Shown: piece after piece, positions 23,678-34,995 of the stretch | How the letters are laid out: each line of letters starts with the position of its first letter | Position numbering within the stretch: position 1 is the stretch's first letter | Assembly: GCA_008632985.1 (NCBI GenBank) | Contig: QPGO01000193.1 | Span: 62,001 to 126,000 of the forward strand | Reading direction: 5' to 3' | DNA: 64,000 bases | Origin: Psammoneis japonica | Lineage: Eukaryota | The notes under the pieces: generated by a model | The model's input: the letters and a program-made list of their open reading frames with translations, nothing else | What the model was told of the DNA's origin: nothing | Databases searched by the model: none | Position numbers and translations under genes: made by a program

Positions 23678-26401
23678 CTATCGAATGCTCCACCGAATGC
23701 CAATCTGATCCAAGCGTTTCTCACGATCATGATCCAGTTCCCCGGCTTTTCTCACTGTGCGTTGTCTCTGCAACCACGCTCCAAGTTTCATCCCATCCAA
23801 CATGTGCCTTCTTGGAACGTCGCAATGTCCCTCGCTTTTCTTGTGTTGGACGAGGAGTCGAAACATTGCTTCCCAGTATTCAGAAGCAACATTCCAAGAA
23901 ACGCCAACGTCTTTGAGCCGTTCCTCAAGAGCACTGTTGAGCTTCCCGGCATTCCTCAAATAACGCTGCTTAGCCAACCACAATCCAAGGTTCTTTCCAT
24001 CCTCCACATGGCTGCGTCGAACGTTGCAATCCCCCTCACGTTCTTTGAATTGAACAAGAAGTCGATACATTGTTTCCCAGTTTTCTAAAGCAACATTCCA
24101 AGCAACGCGAACCTCTTTGAGACGTTCCTCAAGAACACTGTCGAGCTTCCCGGCTTTCCTCTTTTTACGCTGCGCACTTAACCATGCTCCAAGGTTCTTT
24201 CCATCCTCTTTGTGTCTTTGTGGCACGTCACAACCCCCCTCGCGTTTCTTACATTGGACGAGGAGTCGAAACATTGCTTCCCAACGTTCAGAAGGAACAT
24301 CCCAAGCAACGTCAACGTTTTTGAGCCGTTCCTCAAGAGCACTGTCGAGCTTCCCCGCTTTTCTCATTTTACGCTGCCAGCTCAGCCACACTCCAAGGTT
24401 CTTTCCATTCTCCACATGTCGTTGTGGAACATGACAATCACCTTCTCTTTCTTTATAGACCAAAAGCCATTCATGCATTCGGCCCCAATTGCTTTCACGA
24501 TTCTTGCATTCCGTGATTGCTCAATTCATGACATCGTTCTTCAACTCAAGCGGCATTGAGTCTGGGAGCATGAACGATTCAAGCACTCGAGAAGGAAATT
24601 CTACGTCATGCAAAGGCCTTCCGAGTCTGGCGCTCTCGTCAATTACAAACACGACATCCTCCCGTAATTCGGGATCCAATCCGACCATTGCATTGAGTGC
24701 CAATGTGAAAGATTCACAGCCACCTTCATCTTCCATAAATCCAGCATCACCAGTCACAGGCGAGGGCACCAAAACGCGTCCACGCTCTTTGCCAGGAGCC
24801 TTCCGGCCAACACGTCCAATCATTTGGTGCACATCAACGGTGCTTCGGACAGGATCTGCCATCACTGCCAACTCCCAATCTGCCTCGTCCACGCCAGTCA
24901 CCAATGCTCTACAATTGGCAACAATTGATTTGGTCACTCATTTTGCTCTTGACAAGATTTCTTCCCGCTTGGCAGGTGACATGTCCGAGCTGCCACCAAC
25001 TGCAAATGCGGTGATGTCGTCCTTCTCGAGAGCTGGTGCTGCGTCACGCACAAAAGCACGAGCACGGCAGTTCATGGAATGGAATGACATGGCGCTGCTC
25101 ACATTGAGTTTGTGAAAAGCCACTTGAATTGCAAATGGGAGCAGGTGGTCCTTCGAGAGTGCCGGCGGGATGGAATCATCAAGGAGTGCATCAGCAAGGA
25201 CGGCGTCGATTTCGTCGGCATCCAACACACAAAGTGTGATTGGAACGGCGATGTTTTGGTTCACGGCATCACTCAGCATCTTTTTTGCAAGGCATGGTCC
25301 AAACAGGGTCGCATTGTTAAAACTGCGGACACCAGCAGCCTTTTTGGGCTCTGAGCTTTTGCTGGGAATGAGCGTTTGCGAGCCATCCTCACAAAGCTCA
25401 CTGTCGACAATGTCAACCTGTTGTGGAGCGCCCATGTGTCAACGTGGAGTTGCAGTTAGAAACAAGCGACAGTCAACTGGGAGCCGCGAATCACAGAGAC
25501 CACACCCAGACAGTTTGCCAATCCCTTCCATCTTGTGCGCCTCATCAAATGCAGCAAACTGAGTGGCAACACCTGGCTACGACAGCGCCTCTCCAACCTT
25601 GGGCAAAGACTTGCAAGTACAGCCAATGAAGGATGAGCCGTCATTTTTGGAGGATGGAAATGCAGCAATCTCGTCAGAAGATGTTGTGCAATCCTCGGTG
25701 CGATTGGTCTGGCTCGCCACAATCAATCGCGAATGAGGCACGTGATCAAGGACTCCGAATCGATCCAAGCCATCCAGGACTTGATCAACGAGTTTCAAAG
25801 TTGGCGCAACATGTGCAGCCGATTGAAGCATTTCTCTGCTCGGACCCATTCCGTCCATGGCAAAGTTTTCGATCGACTTGAGTGCGAGTGGCGTTTTGCC
25901 CCACCCCGGCGGAAGCTGGACGTTGGCCCGGCGACCACCTTCTGCCCTTCGAGATTTCTTGTTGTTGTGAGTGTTTTTTCCACTTTTTCCTCCATCCAAC
26001 TGTGCAGGAGCTCTGCAAAAGCACTCTGCAATCGAATCTAAAATGTCATCGTGACGATCATCTTGCTGTTGACACTTGTCTCAACAATTTTCTGATGCAC
26101 TTGCACTTCCCTCTGATGCTGTTTTCTCTGCTGCTCTCAAATGATCTCCTTTTTCTCGACATCCTTTCGTCGGACGAGCTCTGTGATTGTCACATTTCTG
26201 ACTTGTGTCCTCTAGGATTGCTTCAACCCTTGCATCGACTGCTGCATCATTCAAAGCCTCAACTGCTGCATGCGCGCTTGTCTGATGCTTGGACGCTGTC
26301 GCCACTCTTGAGCGGCTTCTAAATTGTGCGGATTGAAACTGAAAAGACCCACCAAACTGTTCCAGAATCAAAACGAGGAAAATGTAGCGGCAGCTGTACA
26401 T
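23678..26401 (-). pseudogene. SF2 helicase with C-terminal HA-domain repeats, copy B (least degraded)
   Basis: QLPPGWGKT, HVAPTLKLVDQ, AAFDEAH, LTATPR-like, QMIGRVGR, then four HA repeats open from 24478 to 23678; in-frame TGA at 24938-24940 and frameshifts in the helicase part. Confidence 0.9.
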
Positions 26402-26700
26402 GGTTGTGTGCTTTCATTATTGTGATTGATGCGTTGTCCGGCAAACTGTGTGTCCCGGTGACATTGGTTGGGTGATGTGAAATCAGATGCAGGCTCGAGT
26501 GCTTCATTCTATGCGCTCTACTACCGCGCGCGCGCTACCATACAGCTCTTCGAAGTTACCCGCCAACTTTCTTGAAGAAGTTTTTGTGTGGTGGGAAAGC
26601 TCTTGATCCTCATCTTTTTTTTGGTTCTTGCCAATCCCTCTCTTATATGAAACATTTCACTCACGCCATCCTTTTATAAAGCAACGCCCATATAGCCACC

Positions 26701-27654
26701 ATGAAAGTGAAAAGCCCCCTCACAGGTTTGGAAGTGGAGGTAAAAACAGTGCGGGAACACCCTCAGTTTCCTGGAAAGCAAATTGTCGAAGACTTGAACG
26801 ATGGCTATCAATTTACCCATCCGCTCCCGACTCCGGAAGAGCTCGCCAAGGTGTATGGTGAAGATTACAACGCCATGTACGGGCGCGACCCCTCCAAGAT
26901 CCCCACCTTTGTCAAGCGTCGTGCGGTGGCTCAATTGGATTTTATTCAAAAGCACATGGGTGAGGAACGCCTTGCCAAGTGCACCACGGTCGGAGAGGCG
27001 GGCGCCGGATGGGGCGAATTGAGCCGTGTCGTGGCCGAACGTCTACCCAATGCGCGGGTCGTCACGTACGAGTTGGATCATGATTCCGTCAAGAGCATGA
27101 AGGACCTTGGATTGGATGCTCGATATGGATTGATGGAGGACGAAGAGAAGGAAGAATCCAGTTATGATATGATTATGGGCTCTCATGTTACGGAGCATTT
27201 CCTCGATCCTCGTGATTTCTATCAAAAAGTCCGTCCCCTATTGAAGCCCGACGGGTATCTCTTTATTGAAATTCCTCTTGAGAACCCAATCCCAAACCAC
27301 TGGGGAATTGTAAGCACTGAACTCGTTGTTCTTTCAAGTAGAATATTTGATACGCTCACTTGTTTCCTCATTTACGTTTTTCGCTGGTTGTTTTTTTAAT
27401 TATTACAGAACCCAGACAAACCATATTGGGTTGGCCACCTCCATTATTTTGCCGTGGGTCATTTGGAAAAGCTGTTGGAATCGTTGGATTACAAGATTTT
27501 GGCCAAGAGCTGCCATGATCACCCCTTTTCTCCTGGCGTTGCAATGCCGGGAACCCAGTTGTACGAAGTGGACAAGGTCCCCGTGGAAGAAGATTCCAAA
27601 GAGTCCACTTCAGAGTTTCCAGTCAGTCTTCGTATCTTGGCGTGCAAGAAGTAA
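26701..27654 (+). CDS. Class I SAM-dependent methyltransferase; intron 27310-27408
   Basis: 'EAGAGWG', 'YDMIMGSHVTEHFLDP', 'LLKPDGYLFIEIP'; a 99-bp GTAAGC..TTACAG intron joins in frame to 'NPDKPYWVGHLHYF'. Confidence 0.9.
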
Positions 27655-28278
27655 GACTGTTTTGCAAAAAACCCCGGCTTGATGTCGATCGCTAGTTGTG
27701 TAGTTAATTAGCAACTCATAAAGACGTCCACATTATTTTCACTTTCTGGGGCTACATTTAATCATGGTGTAGAACCAGGGCATGCTGTACTTTAGATATT
27801 CAATACTTACCTTTCACTCGTTCATCTCTAGAGTGCGGCAGATGACATAACGATGCCGTAGCGGCCTAGCAGGTGAGGGCGCTACGTAAAACTCTGCCGT
27901 ATCGGCTAGATTTAGGGCCAGCAGAGATCACTCCAAGCATTCTTTCACCACACAAGAGACTCTAGCTTGGGCTATCTCTAGTTAGAGTGGGGCCTAGAGG
28001 GATATAGCTCTGTTCTTTAGAGAGCTAAGGTTAGCTCTCTAAAGAGTGAGCTGCCACACGCAGGTGCGTCCGCGTGTAACGAGAGGACGTTGTGGACGTA
28101 CGTACGTAGGTCGCGGTTCGGTCGTGTTTGGAATCGGGAATCCGCAGTGAACAAAACAATGCGTCATTGCTCCAAAGATCTTGTGCGGTCTTCAAAATGA
28201 CCGAGAAGCGAACATCAAACCCCGTTGCGCTTTTCTGTGTCATAAGTTTTTGTGTTACGCTCTCTTCTGCTTTTGACA

Positions 28279-28728
28279 ATGATGAAGACAACGCTCGCTG
28301 TCCTTTCTACTACTGCTTTGCTTTTCTCCCGTGCCGCCCACGGTGCTCTGCCACGTCCGCACTTGGACGATGAGGCTCGTGTCAAGCAACACCGTGCCGG
28401 TGCCAATGGTGACTTGGTGGAGGGCGAGGAAGACTTGCGCAAAATCATTCTCGGTTGGCCTCATCAGGGAGACGACTATGAAATATGTCACAACTGCGAC
28501 ATTGACGAATCGAGTGGCGTACGAATCGATGAAGGAGTGGGACGTGTCATTCCCATCCCCCACGGTCAAGAATGTGGAGCCGCTCCCTGTATGGTGATGC
28601 CCGGTGCGCCCCTCGGTATCAACACGTTTCATCTTCGTGTGATTGATGAAGGAGAGGTGAGCACCTGGAGTGAGGCTCGCAACTTTAACATTGTGGACCC
28701 GGGATTTGCGTCGCACGAGGAACTCTAG
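28279..28728 (+). CDS. Small secretory-pathway protein with C-terminal HEEL (ER-retention-like)
   Basis: Signal peptide MMKTTLAVLSTTALLFSRAAHG; four Cys; ends SHEEL*. Confidence 0.75.
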   Translation: MMKTTLAVLSTTALLFSRAAHGALPRPHLDDEARVKQHRAGANGDLVEGEEDLRKIILGWPHQGDDYEICHNCDIDESSGVRIDEGVGRVIPIPHGQECGAAPCMVMPGAPLGINTFHLRVIDEGEVSTWSEARNFNIVDPGFASHEEL

Positions 28729-29525
28729 TTATTGGGCGGTGTGGCTCTGGTAGAAGTGCTTTGTAGTGAAAAACCTACAGTAAGCAGAGGGAGAACTGTA
28801 GAGAGTGTATAAGTTTATAAGGTTCTCTTAGTTGGCATCGACTCCGTTGTCTTGTGGTCTTATCGTCGTGAATAGACTGTACTGGGAAGAGTGAGTGATA
28901 TACAGGGTTATTAGAACTTTGAGTTGCTCAGAGCTCAGAACACTGAGTTGTGGATACTCCCGGCACACATATGTGTATCATGTTATAGGAGTGTACACAA
29001 TATTTCCCACCCCTCTCATAGCACTTGGACTGCTTTTGAGTTATCGCACCACTTTGATATCTCTTAGCGCACCTTGAAACCTGGAGTTAGGCTCGCCGCT
29101 TTAGAGCACGAGAATCTCTAGGTGATTTGCAGTGAAAGGCATGAGCAGAGTTAGATCTACAACAGGCCCTCTTTGTGTCGATGCTGCACTATTATCCTGC
29201 GGTCGTTTTTTGTTGCGAGTGCGCAATGGTTGATGGCATAATATGCACAGGGCGGGCGCTTTGCAGCCAAACTGAAGAAAGAAAGAATTACTATATGAAT
29301 ATCTCAACTCCAGACACACACAGAGTACTTTTCGCATTGGAAATGACAAATAGGACAGCAATAGAATAGCCAGAGAGGCCAGAGGCGAATCGCAGTAGAC
29401 AGGGAGAAACTGTGGGAAGTGTGAAAGGAGAATACGTAACGTCATGTCATATTGTCGACCAAGGATCAAGCACTCAAGCATATCATTCTTCGTCCCACCC
29501 CTTTTCGTTGTGATGATTTCGTTTA

Positions 29526-31070
29526 TTACATTCCATACATTTCATTTGTATTGTAGTCTGGTGGTGGCGGTTGCATTGGAATGTATCGTCCTGGGCCACT
29601 GCAGTACCCCAAAAAGGAATCCACCTCAAAGTTACCATTGGCGTTCGATGGCACAACTCGGGTCGCGTGTTGCAATTTCGTTTCAAAGTCTCGTCTCAAT
29701 TCAAACCACTTTTGAAACAATGCCATACACGTTGTAATGTTGGTAAGATGATTTAAACGGTATTGTTGACGTTCATCGGCAGCCTTTCGGGATGTGGCAC
29801 GGTGCATTCCCACGGTTTCTTACATGCCGTATAATGAACCGTCCTCGTTAATTCAATCGGTGTGACACGACAATCTTCACAATCGTCTTGTTTTGGGGAA
29901 TTCCATTCTTGACAAATCACCACCACGTTGTCGACAATACAAGTGCATTGTATCCTTTCGTGCGGGACCTCTCCACAAGACATCGGCCACGACTTGATTC
30001 CAACGACACGCATTCAATTCCACCGCCGTGTGGGATGCAAGACATCGTAAAAGTACGCCACAATGCCTTGATAGGCCATGGCACCCTGAAAACCACCATA
30101 ACCCATACCTCCACCCCATCCGGAACCTTCTCCTCGACCACGAATATAATTGCCCTCGCGAATCACATCCAAATACTCTCGAGGTACTTTGGATTGGGCC
30201 GTGCCACGAGAAAACCGCCTTGGACACCTTGGACCGGTTCCCATGGTTGAGACGACGTCACGTCTCGTGTAAAAAAGGCATCAATGCTTTGTAGTGGTGA
30301 TAGTGGTACAGTAGGATGCTGCAATTCCAATCGTCCACGTGCCGCCATGCCTTGAGGAGAGTGGCGGGATACAACATGGCATCAAACAAATCATCCATGG
30401 GTTGCAAGACGGCTACATCCATGTCCCAATGCACGACAATTGGATATTGAGTCAAATTGTAAGCATACAATTTGATAAATTCGGCTGATCCACAACAATT
30501 TTCACCCTCGACATGAGCTTTATACCATTCGCCTTGAATTTCATCCAATTGAACCGGCGAAGGTACAATCCATGTTTATATCCCAATCGTTCCAATACGG
30601 GTGCATGATTGGCACAATTTTCATGGACAATGGCATGCATTTGATACGAATATTTGGATTTGACGTTGGCGTGTATGGATTGTTGGTGTATGGAATGACG
30701 AAACACTGCTGCGGCATCCAAAAAACCCGTTACAGCACCGACTTTACCACATTTGATGAGTGATACGACATGACCAATTTTGATGGGAACAGATGATGAT
30801 TCTACTAGCTCGTTTTGTATGTGTTGCTCATTGTTCTCCAAAAAGGGTGACGCTTTTGTTAATAGCGGAGTAGTGTCTGCAGCAGTAATGTTTTTGTTTC
30901 CAGAAGTAGCCAGAATGTTGTTCCTCCCCAAACAAAAAGCGCAGCATGAGCGATAAATTGGTAAGAAATCCCAACAATGCAACGATCAGCAACACGTTTT
31001 TCAGCTTGGTGAGGGAAAAGCCTTGTGGTTGCTTCTGTGTATGTGTGGGACGACGACGCACCACCGTCAT
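29526..31070 (-). CDS. Glycosyltransferase family 8-like type II membrane protein, multiple frameshifts (assembly errors or pseudogene)
   Basis: N-terminal TM helix; 'FLDAAAVFRHSIH', 'CCGSAEFIKLYAYNLTQYPIVVHWDMD' (DxD), 'GVQGGFLVARP', 'QGIVAYFYD' spread over several frames. Confidence 0.75.
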
Positions 31071-31347
31071 GGTGAGTTTTGACTTGACCGATTTTTTTTG
31101 TGAGATTTCAGATCCGGGATCCGGCGAATGGGCCGAGTTATTACAATATTCATTCATTAATAGTATATTTAAATTCAACGGAGTCAACCGTTAAGATCAT
31201 TTCTATTTATAAGAATCTGAATGTTTCATTCTGGATTCGTCATCAAAATCCGATGCCGTTTTCTTCAAGAAAGACAATGGTATGATTTAGCCCCGCTTTT
31301 GCGTTTTGTTACCCGCATATGTGTGCCATAAGCTACAGGTTAACACC

Positions 31348-34300
31348 ATGAACGACCTCAATGCTAGTTCTGTTTCGATTGAGTTACCCCAGTTGAGAGG
31401 AGAACAACAGGATGATGATGCAGTAGTCGAGAATCCAACAACAACGACTCGTCTCCCACAACATTCTTATTCTCTCGAAACGAACGAAAACAGCAGCAGT
31501 GCCTTATTGTTGCAAGATCGAATTCTGGTGACATCGGCAAATCACAATATCATTCATCATTGGGGCAAATCGCCATCATTATTACCTCCCGAAATTGCAT
31601 CGTTTGATTCCGAATCGGCACATCACCATCACAAACTCATGCCACCAACACAAGATACCTTTTTCGTACAAGTCCAACTGCTGGCCGTCTTGTTACTTAC
31701 AACGCTATTGGCATGGTTTTCTGCCATGGATGCCAAGAATCATTGTCTATCACATCAAGCTTATGCTGTTTATGACATGTTGGAAGATGAAGAAACGTCA
31801 CAACAACAACAAGACGACTCGTACTTGGAACAACAAAAATCTTGCAAACAAGTTTTTCGATGGGTCATGATTCCCGTTTGTACGACAACACTTGTATTGG
31901 GGAGTGCTTGTATATTTGCCATTCAACGATATGCAAACAATACTACTACTACTAAACAAGAACAACAATCGATGGATCCACAACCACCACGTTCCGGCTC
32001 TTCACAAGTATTGCTGCTTCAAGAACAAGACAAGTGTCGTTTTTGTTGGAAACTTTTGGGTGGTGTCTTTGTTATTGCATTGGCCTGGTCTTACGGCATC
32101 GTTTCCGTCATGCTTTGGCCACGATACTTTTTCATGCAAAACAACAATAACAAAAACAATCCCTATCAAAGTTTGGCAGCCGTGGATGTTTTGGGACATG
32201 TCAGTGACAATGCCAATTTGTACTATACAAGTTGGTTGGGTGTTTGTTTATCGATTGCACTCGTCTATCAAGCATCCATGCATTTGTTGCGTCAAACACG
32301 ACAATTGGCCGTCCTCTCCAAACAACAAGAACAATGCTCGACACAACACGACGCTTCTTCTTCTAATTTTTCTCTTTATGAAAATGTGGAAACCATGTTG
32401 TCTTCGGTTTCGGCATCCATCCAGGATTACAAAACCTATCGTCAATCACGTGCGACGTGGTACAATTCATTTACAAGCTGAGAAAACGAACCGGAATCTG
32501 GATTGCTGCATCCTTGGCAACCATTGTCGTATTGGCATCGTCTATTCATATATACCATCAAGTGCTCTATCCGACGGCTGTATCCATCTTTATGGAGCAA
32601 CGACAAGAACAAAACAACAACGACAACAACAATGATGACGCAGTCGTGTCGGTACCACATGGATTGCGCAATGTGTGTTCCATATTGCACGCCGAGGGAC
32701 CACAATACGGGGTACCCTCTGAAATGTGTATCCGTACCAGTTATTCTTTTTGTTCTGCCGCCATTGCAACCTTTTTACAATTACTCGCTATTGTTTTGCA
32801 TTGGTTGGCACGACACGATGCCGCCGACGTGGTGGACGTCGAGCAACAACAACAACAGTCATCGACGACGACTTCTGCCGGATCCATAATGATGCAAATG
32901 TATTATTACAATCTCGAAAGAGCAGGACCAGAAGAAATCATTCGTCATCATTTTCGTGGTGCCAATAAGCATATTCCACTCAAATTTGAATTTGTGCTGA
33001 GTGTCCTTTTATCCAATCTGTTGGGATTGAATGCGGTCTGTTGTACAAGTGTACAAGGACCGGCAGCCAAGGTTGGTAACTTGTATTATGCGAGTTGGGT
33101 TAGTTTCTTGTTGTGTTTGAGAATATGCTTGGGGTGTTTGGAAGAATTGTACCATATCGAGGATGAAGACGAATTGACTCGAAAGGAAAAGCGACGACTC
33201 AAAAAACGACGAAATGTCGAGCAAAGAACCACAATGCGAGGTGATGGTGTCCATGATGACGATGCAAACGGGACAAGTTCCGACGTTACCCCAATGTCAC
33301 AACAACAAGAGTCACTTTCATCTAAACTTAACCCTTCCTTATTGGAAGAAGCAGAAGCTACAATGTATCCTCATTTGGTTCTTCAAGACACACCGACAAC
33401 CATTGCCGTAAACACTCGAATGGACAAGAATAAGCATGAATCGTTTACTTGGCGGGATTTTGGAGAAACAAAGCGTGCCAATCGTTTACGGGTCTACTTC
33501 TTTTTGGGTATTTTCTCTACCGTTTGTGTTTGTGCGGCAATGGATTCTGTAAGTATATTACATCATTCTTCAAAATGCTTGATAAACCCCAAAATATACG
33601 CAGCTCAACTCTTGTTTTTGCGTGACTCTTTAGGCATCCAACACGTCGGACGCTCTCACGAGAGCTCAGAAAGCCATGATTATTCTTCCGTCAGTAGTAT
33701 CCGCCTTGTCGATTGCTCAATTCCTTCTGTGCTTGCACTCCATCAGCTATGTGATTGTTTCTAGTTTACAAGTCGGCGGTGTTCTCTCCGTCGTGACCTG
33801 CGGCTTGTGTCTGATTGACTTGGTCTTGACCATGCACTCGGATTCGTCATGGGCGGTGAATGCTATCGGGGACATTGAAATGGCAAACCTCTACTACTTT
33901 ACATGGGCTTCCATCTTGACGGCTGGTATCCAAATGGCATCCTATACCAAGGACAAGTTAGAATCCGTGATTTTTGGTGACCAACCAAAGGATCTCATGG
34001 TTGTCGTTTGGATCGTTGTCATTAAGGTTTGCTTTGTCATTATTTGTGCAGGATTGCACGTGTGGAACACCATATCCGACACTTGTGGGATTGATGAATT
34101 GCAATCGGGTGCAGTCACCTTTTGCTCCCGTACCGTCTTTTCGATCCTTGTCGGATTGACTGGAATCGTTGTGGCATCTCTCGCGGTGGTCATTCGACTG
34201 CTGCAGCTGTTGTGTTTGAGACAGCAATGTTGCTGCGACAGCCACCATGGCGTTTGTTGTTCCAGGCGACTCTGTACGCGTGTTGAAGTACTTGCTTCCT

Positions 34301-34566
34301 TGTTTCTGGTTGCTCTCTTTGGAGTCGCACTGTGTATTATTACGGGTATTGGTGGTCCGGGACAAAGTGTCGGTGACATGTACTACGCAACGTGGCTTGC
34401 TTTTGTTGTTTCCATTGGCGTCGGAGTAAGTTGCTATGGCCAAATCAAACAACAAGGCCAGGTGGATACCACAGCTACACTCGCCGACAGAGACAACCCG
34501 GAATCCTCAATGGCATCGAGCAGAAAATCGAAAAGATTCGAAACACCATTTGTTTCGATGGAGTGA
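31348..34566 (+). CDS. Large multi-pass membrane protein with repeated (G/A)NLYYxxW modules; frameshift ~32470; intron 33549-33633
   Basis: ANLYYTSW, GNLYYASW, ANLYYFTW and GDMYYATW each follow hydrophobic helices; an 85-bp GTAAGT..TTTAG intron keeps frame. Confidence 0.8.
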
Positions 34567-34995
34567 CCGTGTAAGAGTTACGGTTTGGATTGCGCCGTTT
34601 TTCCACGTGAAGGGTAAGCAAAATAAACAATGTGAATTTTTCTTTACAAATACAATCTTACTGTTGCATAGGTCATCATGGTGTCGCAGTTGTAAACCTA
34701 GTGTTAGGCTGCACCCTGACACAACTTGCTTTTGCCGCAGCTACTGGCCTTCTGCTTCGAGCACACGGTATCGAGTACAACCGAATGATGTCCCAAAGCT
34801 GGTAGAACGCAAGCATGAACAGAAATTTGCCCATTGGTCATTTCACTACTCATCGTTTCAAGGGAGGTGGCAAAACCAACGAAGCGATTGATGCGCTTCA
34901 TTCTTGCACATGCTGGAGAGCTGTTGTGGAATACTCGCACTAGCTATCAAGAAGGGACTGTTGGGCACTGTAACTTTGTCATGGTAATCTTTAAA

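Noticed and set aside
11010..26401. Alternative genetic code or RNA editing restoring Tyr in the helicase genes
   Set aside because: Neighbouring genes use standard Tyr and stop codons; the copies also have frameshifts, and the changes occur at silent and non-coding sites.
10014..26440. Helitron assignment for the helicase repeats
   Set aside because: The helicase is SF2 (DEAH), not PIF1-like SF1; no HUH Rep motifs or clear TC...CTRR termini were seen.
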